Shown: one piece after another, positions 16,706 through 29,789 of the stretch | How the letters are laid out: the number at the start of each line of letters is the position of its first letter | How positions within the stretch are numbered: position 1 is the first letter of the stretch | Assembly: GCA_951406725.2 (NCBI GenBank) | Contig: OX597816.1 | Location: 177,506,001-177,570,000, forward strand | Reading direction: 5' to 3' | DNA length: 64,000 nucleotides | Source: Octopus vulgaris | Lineage: Eukaryota | Notes under the pieces: model-generated | Databases searched by the model: none | What the model was told of the DNA's origin: nothing | What the model saw: only the letters and a program-made list of their open reading frames with translations | Program-made: the position numbers and the translations under genes

Positions 16706-17925
16706 TCTATATACATAAAACTGAGAATGTGTGTCTGTGTGTTTCCCTAAAACTTGAGAACTACACAACCAATTTCATTCAAATTTTACACATGCCTTAC
16801 TTAGGGTCCACGTAGTTTCATGGGCAAAAAAATGTTCAACTTCTTGCCTAGAGCGAGCCCATAGCAATATCATATCTTCTCCACTATTTCAGTATTACGT
16901 GTTAAAAGTGAAACAAAAACATTTCTCCATTTTATGTCAGATACTTTCACTTTAACAATAAAAATTAGAGATAATAATAACAATTGAATTATATGTAGTA
17001 AGTAATAATTAAAATCAAACTAAAGTATAGTATAATCGTAACATAACGAAAGTAAAAATAGGAATTGGTATAAAATTGCATCAATGACTTGAACTTGAAT
17101 AAGTGGTTTCACATGAATGGGAATAAATTAAAAATAAAATTAGTGTGCAGAAATGGAATAGTCCAGATGGAGCTGTGCACATACCGTTTACCACGGTTTT
17201 TACATTAGATTATCTGCTAATTAGCTAGCATTAAGTATCTATATGAAGTTTGGCTGTATGTAATGTCTGTTTTCTCGAACAGCCCCTTCTACTGAGTCCT
17301 GCAGTTGGTTTATTTCTGATACATAAAGCACTATAGATTCAACTGCGTACTGCTTTTTGATTCACCGTAAGGTTTGTTGTTATTATTATTACTGTTTAAC
17401 TATTGTTATCACGTTTGTTGGTTCCTCGTAAGGGAAACGTTGTTGTGTTGCATTTGTTAAATAATTGTAAACTATAACCCTCCCCCTTTGGGAGAAGGAG
17501 CTTTGGTTATTGTTTAAAAATTGAATTGTGTCCCTTTTTGGGGAAATTGACAATATTTTCACCGCTTATACAGAAGCATTTTTGTTAGAATGCCTTCGAT
17601 AGAAGAAAGTCCAAAAATGAATTTCGCTGCAGGCGTCGGCGGGCGCGAACTCATTAAAATTAAAATGGAAGAAATACAAACCTATTTCGGATTGATCACC
17701 GACAAAGACGGTGAATCTAGGATAACACCACCAAACGAAATAAAAAATAAGTCTGTTATATATTTTGAGTATTGTTATCACTAGCGTTATCAAGATATAA
17801 CCTTGTATTTTGTATTTTATGTGTAGATGTATATATATAGATGTACGTGTAATATGTACACATATATATACACATATATACATGCACTAGCACTATGACC
17901 CGGCAACGACGGGTCATAATGCTAG
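16706..17925 (+). mobile_element. Non-autonomous Helitron (5' end of the same family as 11332)
   Basis: Reads a|TCTATATACATAAAACTGAGAATG ... gacccggcaacgacgggtc hairpin-CTAG|t. 16706-16960 is homologous to the reverse complement of 10900-11332. Confidence 0.8.
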
Positions 17926-17975
17926 TATATACCTATACATAGAGGTATATATATACGCATGTAGATATATATACG

Positions 17976-18018
<43 letters not shown>

Positions 18019-18024
18019 GTGTAT

Positions 18025-18386
18025 ACTCTCTTACTTGTTTCAGTCATCTGACTGTGGCCTTGCTGGAGCACCGCCTTTAGTCGAGCAAATCGACCCCAGG
18101 GATTATTCTTTGTAAGCCTAGTGCTTATTCCATCGGTTCCTTATGCCGAACCGCTATTTTACGGGGATGCAATCACACCACCATCGGTTGCCAAGCGATG
18201 TTGGGGGGACAAACACAGACACACAAACATATACACATGCATACATGTATATATACATATATACGACGGGCTTCTTTCAGTTTCTGTCTACCAAATCAAC
18301 TCACAAGGCTTTGGTCGGCCCACGTAGTAGGAATGAAACCGGAACCATGTGGTTGGTAAGCAAGCCACACAGCCACTCCTGCGCCT
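18025..18386 (-). mobile_element. SINE family A (internal deletion)
   Basis: Homologous to 29790-30219. Confidence 0.85.
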
Positions 18387-18431
18387 ATATTTATATATAC
18401 TGTATTAAAAAGCAGCAAAAATATCACAAAT

Positions 18432-18467
18432 ACTGTTAGAGTTTCACGTTCCCGTTCGTCGGACAGT
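18432..18467 (-). ncRNA. Minimal type I hammerhead ribozyme (U4C variant, weak stem III)
   Basis: Minus strand reads actgt-CCGACGA-acg-ggaa-cgt-GAAA-ctc-TA-acagt. Confidence 0.65.
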
Positions 18468-18949
18468 TTTGTTTAGAATGGAACAGAAATAAGGTTATAA
18501 GCAAACTTGTACAATTAGTTTAATGAATACACATTTGAAAATAGTTTTGTTTCATTGGTCCTTTCAACTTACGGTCTTTACAATAACCGGTTGCATGCAA
18601 TGAACGAAATCGGTATAAAATCATGTTATACAATCGAAGAAAACCTTAAATCAAAAATAGCTTATAGAGAAGGACAGTCAAAATACCCAGGGTAAATAAT
18701 TATTTGTAAAATATTAATCAATTAATTCATTAAAAGATATATCCGTTTAAAAAGGTTTTCACGTTGGATTACATATACATTTAGCAGTATATGTGCATAC
18801 CAAACTATCTATAATATACATATATACACTAAAACATACAGATGTATGTACATAGCTACAAACATATACAGACCTATATAAGCAAGATATAAAAATATAT
18901 ACAAATGTATATATATATATGTGCATATATATATATGTATATATATATG

Positions 18950-18983
<34 letters not shown>

Positions 18984-19007
18984 CTTATGTATATATATAT
19001 GTATATA

Positions 19008-19070
<63 letters not shown>

Positions 19071-19481
19071 GTATATATATATATACAAGCAGAAATGCAT
19101 GTGCATAAAATCTCCTGGCGTATTCTTATACAAGTTAGTTGTTTCAGGCGAAAGAAAGAAGGAAAAATCAGAGAATATATTAGGTATGGGGAGGAGGAAG
19201 AGAAAATAAAAATAAAATAAAAGAAAGAGAACCAAAGAACTAGTGAGAGAAAGGGGGGAATAGATAGGGGCAGGGAGTGCTACATAATAACAACAGTTGG
19301 ATACTTCATATGGCTTGCGCAACGAACACATAAAAACGCACACATAAAATTACATGAATATCTACATAAGTATAAATATACATACAATATACACACATAT
19401 GGATACTCAAAAAATATACAAAAATACAACGACATGGACGCAAATGCAAGCTCACATATATAAAAGTATACACACATATAC

Positions 19482-19563
<82 letters not shown>

Positions 19564-19590
19564 GTATATAAACATATATATATGTATATA

Positions 19591-19630
<40 letters not shown>

Positions 19631-19635
<5 letters not shown>

Positions 19636-20042
19636 GAAATATTAAAATTACTAAGTCTCTCTAAAAGAGATTACGGCAGCGTTACTGGAAATTAATTGTT
19701 ATCGCCATATTAATATGGCAGTCTTATAGATATAAGACTAAAGCTGTCGCTGATTAGCTCCATGAGACCATCGCATTAAGCTAGCTATTTGACACACAAA
19801 CTGTGTCCATTATAACCTTCGAACAAGGGAGGTCAGCCGCTTCACACTGCCAGTCAGACAGCTACAGACGCGTTTCAGGGTATTTGCCCTTTGTCAATGT
19901 AGCGTAGTCAGACCCAGCAGGGGTCACCACTGATCGTCTCTGTTCGAAGGTTTTATTTAACTAGTTTCGGTGGAATACATCCACTTGTTTTCAATAATAG
20001 AAATATTAAAATTACTAAGTCTCTCTAAAAGAGATAACGGCA
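19631..20042 (-). mobile_element. Small non-coding hammerhead-bearing element (about 365-nt unit + about 48-nt terminal redundancy), retrozyme-like or solo PLE pLTR
   Basis: ataatagaaatattaaaattactaagtctctctaaaagaga..acggca is repeated at 19631-19678 and about 19995-20042. An HHR lies inside, and TA/CA repeats flank it. Confidence 0.7.
19861..19903 (-). ncRNA. Minimal type I hammerhead ribozyme, U3:A8 compensatory core
   Basis: Minus strand reads gctaca-TTGACAA-aggg-caaata-ccct-GAAA-cgc-GTC-tgtagc. Stems I and II are perfect and stem III is the palindrome ACGCGT. Confidence 0.82.
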
Positions 20043-20370
20043 TACACATACACACACGCACATATACATATATATATATATATACACACACACATACATG
20101 CATAAACATACATATACACACCTACAATACATACATACATACTCATAAATATATAAGGACATATCTACATCATAACGTATATATGCTAAAATATTTTAGA
20201 AAATACTGTTCGTTGTGTATAATTTTGTAAAATAAGGAAATTGTACATTAATTTGATGTAACATAATTAAATATGTGAGTAAAAATAAAAATAAAAATAA
20301 TAAATATAAACCTCGGCAAAGCTTAAGCTTAAAACAAGGTTTTTTTTAATTTTAAATTCTTAAAAAAATG

Positions 20371-20429
<59 letters not shown>

Positions 20430-20485
20430 GTATTAGTATTATTACTTGTATTGTTGTTATACAAACATACATACAAGCATACGTA

Positions 20486-20573
<88 letters not shown>

Positions 20574-20575
<2 letters not shown>

Positions 20576-21129
20576 GCCCTGATGCAGTACCAGGCAGTGG
20601 CTCTCATGGCTTCTGATCTTAACTGATTGGAAGTGTTATCATGTACATTGTTTTGTCTTGGTATAAAAGATGGGCTACAGCAAATATTCTGCTCAATATC
20701 ACAGATTTGCTTGTCAGTTGTTTGACTTTAACCAGTTGAGAATGTCCCTTAGTGGCTGACGATATGTGCATCTCTGATCACGAGCAGAAGTAGTGGGGGA
20801 GCATTATAGCCATGTGTTGAGAGGGATTCTTTGGGGTTTGAATAATTCACCTCTGGAAACATGGGTGGTTCTTTCAGCATCCTTAAACAACCCTTATTCA
20901 GGGACCTTTTGAGCGGGATGGGCTACTGAAACAGAAGAAAATTCTAACTGGGCCCCACCTGCAAGGTCATGTGCTGTTTATCTTTTTATGAGATCACCAT
21001 GTCGCGCACATATGGTTGTGATGCATGTACTTGGTGTACCCTTATCAGACGGGTAGTCATGATGGGTATATTGAGCTTCGTATATTTTACCCCAGTGTCA
21101 CTTTGATGGCATGAATTGCTCTCTCACTC
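20574..21129 (+). mobile_element. About 555-bp non-coding element inserted in (TAA)n, probably non-autonomous and Dong-mobilised
   Basis: A sharp, relatively GC-rich block bounded on both sides by pure (AAT)n (20487-20573, 21130-21163). It has no ORF. The strand is assigned from TAA orientation only. Confidence 0.55.
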
Positions 21130-21164
<35 letters not shown>

Positions 21165-21539
21165 GTGGATGTAAGCACATGAACAAAATAAGAATAAACA
21201 AAAACAAAAACAAATTACACGAATGTATATAAACAGAAGATACAAATATTATAGGCATTCCCCCACACGCACTAACTAAACATAGAGATATACGCATGCG
21301 CAAATGAAGACACATACAATAGAAATACAAAATGGCTGACGATTAGTAAGGAGAGACTCAAATAAGAAAGAAGAAAGCAAAGGACCACTGATGCGGTCAC
21401 AGGAGTGTGACGAAAGAACTCTCGCCGAAATAAGATTAACATTAATGTAAAAAATAAATAACACTGAAGCAAAATAACACCAAATATATAGTGCGTGTGT
21501 TTTTTATTGACTAAACTGGCAACATAACCATTCCGAAAT

Positions 21540-21611
<72 letters not shown>

Positions 21612-22142
21612 GTATAAACGTATACACGAAATACCGCCCCGGTACGTTAACAGTTCTGCCAACTCGCCGCGTTAGAATGTAAACATTCATCTCAGAAATA
21701 TATTCTTATCTTAACGTTATAGCTTGTGGCGTTACTTGTTACTTCCTCACTTACTGACAATAAATATCATTATATTTCACTTCATAATTTTTTTCCTTCT
21801 AATTTTTTTTAATGCGACTAACGAATCTGAATTCCTCGTGCATTTTTTTCTATTATTTAAGCCCAAGAAAATTATACTTTTATTTTACAATAAAAAACTT
21901 TATATTAATTGAAGATGAATAGATGCCTTACTGTCCCCCTCCCTTGAGGTCGCAGATATTTTGATGTAACTTTTCTGCTACTGAACCAAATCTCAAACTA
22001 TTTATGCCAAAGTGTAGCTGAGGAGGTGTCCTCTTTGAAACTGTTAACTTGGAAACTGCTAGCTTGGAAGCTGCTGTGATTGACGAAATGCTGGACTTAA
22101 GAATATATTCAACCACTGCCGTGGTTGAATGAAATGTATACG

Positions 22143-22180
<38 letters not shown>

Positions 22181-22233
22181 AGTGTGTGTGTTTTGTGTGT
22201 GTGTGTGTGCGTGCATGTGTACATACGTATACA

Positions 22234-22445
22234 AAGGCGGTGAGCTGGCAAAATTGTTAGCAAGCGTGGCAAAATGCTTAGCACAATTTCGTCTGTCTTT
22301 ACGTTCTGAGTTCAAATTCCTCCGAGGTCGAGTTTGCCTTTCATCCTTTAGGGGTCGATAAATTATGTACCAACTGCGTACTGAGGTCGATCTAATTGAC
22401 TGCGCCCTCCCCTAAAATTTTGGGCCTCCTGCCTAGAATAGAAAA
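22234..22445 (+). mobile_element. tRNA-derived SINE, family B
   Basis: aaggcggtgagctggca..ctgagttcaaattcc..gcctttcatcctt..ggggtcgataaa..gtacca, which is multi-copy in the window. Confidence 0.88.
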
Positions 22446-22487
<42 letters not shown>

Positions 22488-22489
22488 GT

Positions 22490-23715
22490 GTGCATTTTTC
22501 CCTTGGTAACAATCAACACGGAAAATAATAGATAAATAGCTACGAGGGTAGCAAAAATTCACACAAGTACAAAGGGTGTACCTCTTTGTTTTTAAAGGCA
22601 GAAACTCCGGGTTTACGTGAAATATTTTGTATAATGTATATATAAATAAATGAATGGAGTTAAACGCAGGTGTTATTCAAATTCTTTTCTTCCGACACAT
22701 GTTTCGAAGACATCACTGGTATTATTCCAAAGGAATAAAATGGTGTAAAACAATGTAATCTCTTCAGGGAAATTAAGAAATTAATGTCGTCAACAGAATA
22801 TGATGGATATATATATATAGTGATTAATTGAACGCTATTAAGTTTCTTTTTAAGAATAAATTAGAGGATATAACATGAAAGTTAGCCTATAGAAATATTA
22901 GCCTATTAAATATGGATACATTTATTAATACTAACATTAATTTAGCTAATACGACCTATCCCCCTAGAAATATTAATAACAAGGTTATTGTATCTGAAGT
23001 CAGTTACAACAGTATCAAGTTTATGTCAAATAGCTCTAAAATTAAAAATTCTATATACCAGTGTAAAATTACTTCAGGTAACGATGTATTTTTTTTTATA
23101 TAGACAGTTCCTGTTCTCAGTTATCTAAAATAATTTCTAATCAATACTCAACATTTAGGGATATGAATAAACGTAACAGTACAGGGCTTAGTAAATTAAT
23201 TTGGTATCTAAAAGGCCACAATAAACAATTTCGATTCCTTATGATAAAAGCAAGGAATTCTGTCTTTCTATAATTCTGAATTATTTTTTAATTATTTTTT
23301 CTAAAAATCCCCTTGTAAACACGGTTATACAGCGTGCATACCGATGTAAACATTGGCAAAAGCACACCATTAGTTCATATAAGTGATATCTATCATTATA
23401 TATAATTTAAACATTATTTTTCTTCTTACATTTCACATTCACTAGATATATCTTTTTTCCAAGACTTTAGGGTTTTAATTAATTTACATATCGTTATATA
23501 CTTCTCATTTATTTGTTTTTTTCTTTCCTTTACTCCTCCTCTTTCTATAGGCTACCTTTGACGTTATATCCTCTAACGTTTTCTTTTTAAAACTTAATAG
23601 CGTTCAATTAATCACAATACATATCTATCATATTCTGATAAAATGTCTTATTGACGAGTTTCATTACTTAATTTCCCTGAAGAGAAGATTACATTGTTTT
23701 ACACCATTTTATTCC
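22490..23715 (+). mobile_element. PLE 3' fragment: degenerate GIY-YIG endonuclease (about 22912-23386) flanked by inverted pseudo-LTR copies
   Basis: Translates as NSIYQCKITS..FFI(G), STFRD..NSTGLSKLIWYLK and ..RCKHWQK. 22731-22895 is an inverted copy of 23542-23715, and the repeat contains a hammerhead. Confidence 0.8.
22690..22771 (-). ncRNA. Type I hammerhead ribozyme in PLE pseudo-LTR
   Basis: Minus strand reads ttcc-CTGAAGA-gattac...gtcttc-GAAA-catgt-GTC-ggaa. A partial second copy lies near 23673-23715 (+). Confidence 0.75.
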
Positions 23716-24159
23716 AGACGACAAAATTTTGAATAATTGTCTTTGAGACAATAAGAGCTCACACTTGAAAAATAGATAAAACAAAACAAAAAAAACAACA
23801 AAAAATGAAATAGTATAATCGTAGAATAAATCCTACTAATTTTCCCTTTAATTTTCGTGTAAATATAGAAACTAAGAAAAAAAAAGCAGTTAGATAGAAG
23901 TATATTACGATAAAAATAAAAATTTACATGCAGTTCGTCCTATGGCAAACAATGGCTAACACTAAGGTAATACCTTGAAACACTAAGGTAACGCATATTT
24001 CCAACAAATCTTCAATCTCACCCATACTTCTAAACAAAACCATTTTTGCAGTAAAAATTACAAATCTAATTACATTTGTCTAATTTTCTTTGCTGCAATT
24101 TTCATGCCTTCTATAATGCATTAATTTCTTATTATAGCACAGTTTATGCGCTACCAATT

Positions 24160-24893
24160 TCCCCTTCAATAGTTTTTGGGTTGCAGGTTTATAAAATCTT
24201 TGATTTTATATTTTTGCTTGATTTTTCTAACTTGTTTCGTCTGAACATTTATTCCTCTGGCAAGTTCGTCGAGAACTGATACTTCCGCCCGCAGAGATTC
24301 GATCTTTTTTTGTATTGTTACTTTCCACTTAGGAGGTCTATTTACATGGTTGGTCCTTTTCCGTGTCGTCATGATACCAAGTTGAGCAGTTACAACTTTA
24401 GCAGTGGAATAGATGAGGTTATTTCCCTTATTTTTTAAGGCCCCGGGTGATGACCGATTCGGCATGAGTTTTGATTCGTCATTAAAGGATTGACAGTGAC
24501 AATAGGAGACTGTTCTGTTTGTTCTGGGTTGACCTTTTGACATGACACCGCTTCCTTGTTCTTCGAATGGATAAATTTGTCATATTGTAGGCTGATAGAT
24601 CGAAAGTCGCCCCTGTTTTCTGCGTTTGAGGAGTGACGGACCTGGTTAAGAGAAGCTGGCTGCGCGGGCCGTTGCCTACGACCTGCGGACGCCGCCCGCC
24701 TACCGACCCGACGGGAATAGATCACGACGACGGATCGGAGGGGAAGTGTGTCCGATGCTGGCGGTCCGGAAATCGAGCGCCGACGAAGCGGCCGACAACC
24801 ACCAAGGAGCAAGTGGTCGCCACCGGTGTGGTCGTCGGCGAAGATGGCGCCAAGCAGCAGACTGAGTCCCCTTGCCGGGGAGCGGTCCTGCCC

Positions 24894-24896
<3 letters not shown>
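24160..24896 (-). mobile_element. R4/Dong element 5' end of another family (GC-rich 5' leader + start of ORF)
   Basis: It starts immediately after (TAA)n 24897-24965. NNLIYSTAKVV..PPKWKVTIQKKIESLRAEVSVLDEL aligns to IIYSVAKVI..WRSRIETEIESLRREISILTEL of the other Dong copies. Confidence 0.75.
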
Positions 24897-24965
<69 letters not shown>

Positions 24966-25229
24966 TAGCAAACTTACCCATCTACGACTTTGGATCGCGT
25001 TGGTGTGTTTCTGCCCTCTCCCATGTTCACGCCCGGCTAGCTGTATGTTGCGATGAGTTGATGAGTTGGGAAACGGATTCAGCTAATTTGAAACTTAATT
25101 GTCATGTCTTTTCTTATATTCTTTCTGTGCCAGTATACTACATTCACTTACTATATGAGTAACACTTTTCTCTTTTGGTTTGCATAACCTACATTATCCA
25201 ATTAATCCTTAACGCTTGAACTTGTGTGG

Positions 25230-26875
25230 CTATTAACGAACTTTCTGTCTCCCCTTTCAGCCTTCCTTTCTGCAATCATAACCATGTCTCACTAATACTG
25301 TTTGCTGCAACTACCTTTGGGAACCTACCAAGCAAAACCTTCTCCTGCTAGTCAGATGACTTTTGTTCCTTTTTTTGATTTTTAACTTTGTTTTTTTTTT
25401 TCTGGCTTCCACATGTCTTGCAGCTTTCAATAAACTTTCTTCACTATTACCTACATAGGAGTCCATATCTACTCTAGCTAACTCCACGAAGTCTTCTACC
25501 GATATTAACCCTTTTCTATCTTCCTTCCTAGGTAAGCATGATCTTGTTACTCCTGCACTTGGTGGAGTCTTCCATTCATATTGAATTCCTTCCTAGTTCT
25601 TCTGTCTAGCTTTGCTGATTCAGTTTTTGTCCAATCTACAAAAGCTGCTGAGTAATGATACTGCCCAAGTATTTACAGCTTTCACTAGATTCGGACCATT
25701 TAGCTTTGACTTCATTAGCTACCTTACCCCTCTGATGTACTCCTTCTCAATCTTCGTTTTCATCTCTATAGTTAGATTCTAATACTCTTAGATACTTATA
25801 ACACTCTCCTTCTTTTAACGATCTAATGATTGGTCACTGTTGACTACCTGTCTCCTTTTCATGACTAATATTGCACACTTATCTATGCCAAATTCAGTGC
25901 CTATTTCTTTGCAGAAGAGCCTTACAGTCTGTATTAAGAAATCTATCTCTTTGTTTTTTTTCATTCTTACTAAAAGGCTTCAGATCATCAATGTAGAGCA
26001 AATGGCTCATTTTCCCCTGCTATTTCTGAACTGATACCCTGCTTTGTTTTCCTTCATACTTAACTGAGGGGGATCAAATATAAGACAAATATTAAAGAGG
26101 ACAACGAGTCTCCTTGGAGAATTCCCCTCTTGATATTAACCTTTCCTAAAACTGTGTCACCTGAGTAGAGAACTATTATCCATTTCTTCATGCTAAAGCT
26201 AATTAATTCTCTTATGTTGTCTGCTCTATTGAATATACTCAAACATTCACTTATCCATGAGTGTTTTATCATGTCATAGGCTTTTTTGTAATCTATCCAT
26301 GATTTTTCCTTCAAGCTCTTATTTCATTTAGAACTGTTTTGTCTATGTATGATAGACCATGTATTCCTCTAACCTTCTTCCTGCAACCTTTCTCTTCTTC
26401 AAACAGTAAATTCTAGTTGTCAAGGTGCTCGTAAGTGCTTTATGAAAGCATTATCGTTAGCAGTTTTCACACTAATGGTACGCAAGTGATTGGTCTATAA
26501 TTGCTAGCTGTATAACTCTTGCTTTTATCTTTCATAAGGAGTATTGTCCTCCCTCTAGTCATCCAATCTGGTATTATTACTACATTAAGGCAATCCTGAA
26601 GTTGTTCACTCAGCCTTCCATGTAAACTACTAAATTTCTTTAACCAATACCCTTGAACTAAATCTGATCTCGGCCCCTTCCAGTTCGGCATTCTTCCTAA
26701 CACTTTACACACTAATGCACTTGTAAGTCTTAGCTCTGTCTGCTTCTCACTCACCACTTCTTCCCTCACTTTCTTTAACCATACTGCATCTCCATTATGA
26801 TTGACTGGCTTATACCAAATATTACATCAGGACTTTCTAGCTTCTTCTGCATTAGATTTCTCATCTTTAGTACTT
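25230..26875 (-). mobile_element. Degenerate R4/Dong RT fragment (third family)
   Basis: Motifs NWKGPRSDLVQGYWLK, NYRPITC, WIDYKKAYD, GILQGDSLS, SHLLYIDDL and YKYL, with stops and frameshifts. Confidence 0.85.
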
Positions 26876-26877
26876 TC

Positions 26878-27490
26878 TTCTGAGTTCAAATTCCTCCGAG
26901 GTCGACTTTGCCTTTCATCCTTTCGGGGTCGATAAATTAAGTACCAATAAAACATTAGGGTCGATGTAATCGACCAGTCTCCTCCCTACAAATCTGAGGC
27001 CTTCTGCCTCCAGTAGAAGGGATTATTATTATGAATCAGACGACGAGCTGGCAGAATCGTTAGCATGTTGGGCGAAATACTTAGCGGTACTTCGTCTGCC
27101 GCTACGTTCTGACTTCAAATTCCACCGATCTCGACTTTACCTGTCATCCTTTCGAGGTCGATAAAATAAATACCAGTTCAACACTGTAGCCGATGTAATC
27201 GGCTCATCCTCTGCCCACAAATGGCTGCCCTTGTGGAAAAAGTTTAACCATTATTGTTATTATGAATTATATATTAGGAGAGACTTTGGAGCGTCGGAAA
27301 GCAGCATATTGGCATTTCCGTCTGTATACATGCTGTGTTCAAATCCTACCGAAGTTAACTTTACTTTTCATCGTTCCAGACCGACAAAGTTAATATAGTT
27401 AAGTACCAACCAAATATTGAATCGATATTATCGACTGCTTCCCTCCCCTCAAATTTGTTGTACTCCCGCCTTAACTTAGAAACGATTATT
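26878..27490 (+). mobile_element. Three head-to-tail SINE family B copies
   Basis: Copies start at about 26878, 27038 and 27290, each ending in ATT-rich tails. Confidence 0.82.
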
Positions 27491-27934
27491 TTTATTTATT
27501 TATTTATTGCAGCTCTAATTAATACAAGGCTTGCATCCTAAGTGATGTTAAGATAACGATACGCAAGTGAGAAAATTTGGCATAGAAGAAAATATTTCAC
27601 TTCTGTTGAGACATTCAAGTTATCGGTCTATCTATTTCTGTGTATCATTATGATGTCATTCTCCAGCTGCGATTTATCTCCAGTATGTGTAACGTCTGTG
27701 AATGTCAGTGTGTTTCTCAATGAGACTGGAAGTATTTCGTATCTTAAATCTGTCGGTTTTTCTCAGACAGACACGCAGGTTAACTATCGTTAATTTTCAA
27801 GTTACAAAGTGGGTGTTTTTGAGGGGGTGGGGGTGGGGGTGGGAGTGTTGAACATATTTTTTTTCTTTTTTCTATTTTAGTTTAGGAGTGAAAATGCAAT
27901 AACTAACAATAAATTGTTTGAACGTACCAGATTT

Positions 27935-28129
27935 AATTCATGGTTTGGCTGTGTGATAGGAAATTTCTTTCTTAACCACATGGTTCCGCGTTCAGTCACT
28001 GTGTGATACCTTGGAAAAGTGTGTTCTGCCATAGTCCCGGGCCGACCAAACCAAAGTCGAGTGAGTGGATTTGGTTGACAGAAACTAAAAGAAGCCCGAT
28101 GTATACATACATGTGTGTATATATGTGTG

Positions 28130-28164
<35 letters not shown>

Positions 28165-28425
28165 GTATATGATGTATGCGTGAGAGAGAAAGAGTGTGTG
28201 TGTGTGTGTGTGTACCTGCTTGTGTTTGTCCCTTACCACCGCTTAACAACCGGTGTGGGCTTACTTACGACCCCGTAACCAAGCCGTTCTGCAAAAGAGA
28301 CCAATAGAATAAGTACCAGGCTTTAAAAAATAAGTACTGAGGTCGATTCGTTGAATTAAACCCCTCCAAGACGGTGCCCTAACATGGCCACAGTCCAGTG
28401 ACTGAAAGAAGTAGAAAAAAAAAGA
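27935..28425 (+). mobile_element. SINE family A (diverged)
   Basis: Homologous to the reverse complement of 29790-30219. Confidence 0.85.
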
Positions 28426-29789
28426 GAGTGAGAAATTGAGATTAGAATTTACATTGAATCCATTCTACTTCTGTCATGCTGCTAATGAGTTTTAAGAAAG
28501 ATATGAACACCAAGCAGTCTCCATTCTCGTCTTTTATAAGTCTAATTAAAGATTTATGAAAACGGAAGGCATCATTGCCGTTTCTGTTGTTCTTATTATC
28601 TCAAGGTCAACTTTGATCTAGTCGACCTCTAATTGAAAACGTTCAAACCGTGACCACCATCCTTATTGTGTATCAAGTTTTAATTTGTCTAGTGAATCCT
28701 TCTTTACCTAAGACGGTAGGAATTTATTTGAGGGAGCTCTGGCTACCCTTTTTCGCAGGTCGAGACTGAATAGAAGATCCCTTTCGTCAGCTCGTAGAAA
28801 TCATCATGAAATCGACTAGTCCCACCACTCTCCCAAAATTTCGGTCCTTGTGCTTATAATAGAAATCATCATCATCATCATCACAAGTCTTTTACTTTCC
28901 TTGTTACTAAGCTTGAGCCATATTCGAACCCGTAAGTAAGCCGTTCATTATATTTTGACACGAAGAAAATTCCTCTCTGTAGACAGATATGTGTAAACTC
29001 GCCAAGTTCGTTGTCAGCGCCCCGTAGGCAGATTGGTGGATGCATGCATTTCGGAATGTTTATCCCTTCTTCAGGACCAGAAACTGAAAAGACAGACATT
29101 CTCCCATCTCTCTTTCACTGTTGTTCTTGGAAGATTTTATTAAAACTTTCCTAAACTGTAATATTAGGACTGATTAAGTAAAAGATTTTAAACTTAAAGT
29201 TTCAACTATCTCGCCTATTACTATTTTCTGTATTTAATATTCTATCTGCGTTGCTATTGCATTCTATCGCAAACTGATTTTCTTAACCAGAAGATATTTT
29301 TGCAATAACAGTGACATTTATTGGAACAAAAACAACTCTGGTTCATTCTTCAACTGTTTCTTTGTTAACGTAACCGCTGAAATTTGCATACCTTTGCATA
29401 TACAGAACAAAGTAGGTAGGACTTGTTTCTTTTGGTTTGGTTTTCGAGCAAAACGAAGATAACAGCCCGAGTCACCTGTCATGTAGCTCGCGTTCTAGTA
29501 AAAAAAAAAAAAAAAAAAAACAAGCGGAAACTGGACTGTTGATGTTTCATCACGTGACTATTCTTATTTACCACAGAGTCAATATGTTTTCATAATTTGT
29601 GACTCTTCGTTGCATCTGATTTCATTAATAGACCAGATCAAAATGAACGAAAAGAACATATTTGAATATAACTGAAGTACATACATTTATATAATAAGAA
29701 AAATTAAATTTAAAGCTTTTCATTTACATTTAAGGTGATATGGAAACGAAATTAGCGGAAATAAAATGCATCTGAGCATCTTCAGTATA

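Noticed and set aside
21385-21427. CTGATGCG-gtcac..gtgac-GAAA hammerhead-like motif
   Set aside because: A9 is missing and neither stem I nor stem III can be formed.
29038-29078. Minus-strand CTGAAGA..GAAA-tgcatgca hammerhead-like motif
   Set aside because: Stems I and II are poorly paired and there is no clear NUH; at best it is a decayed copy.
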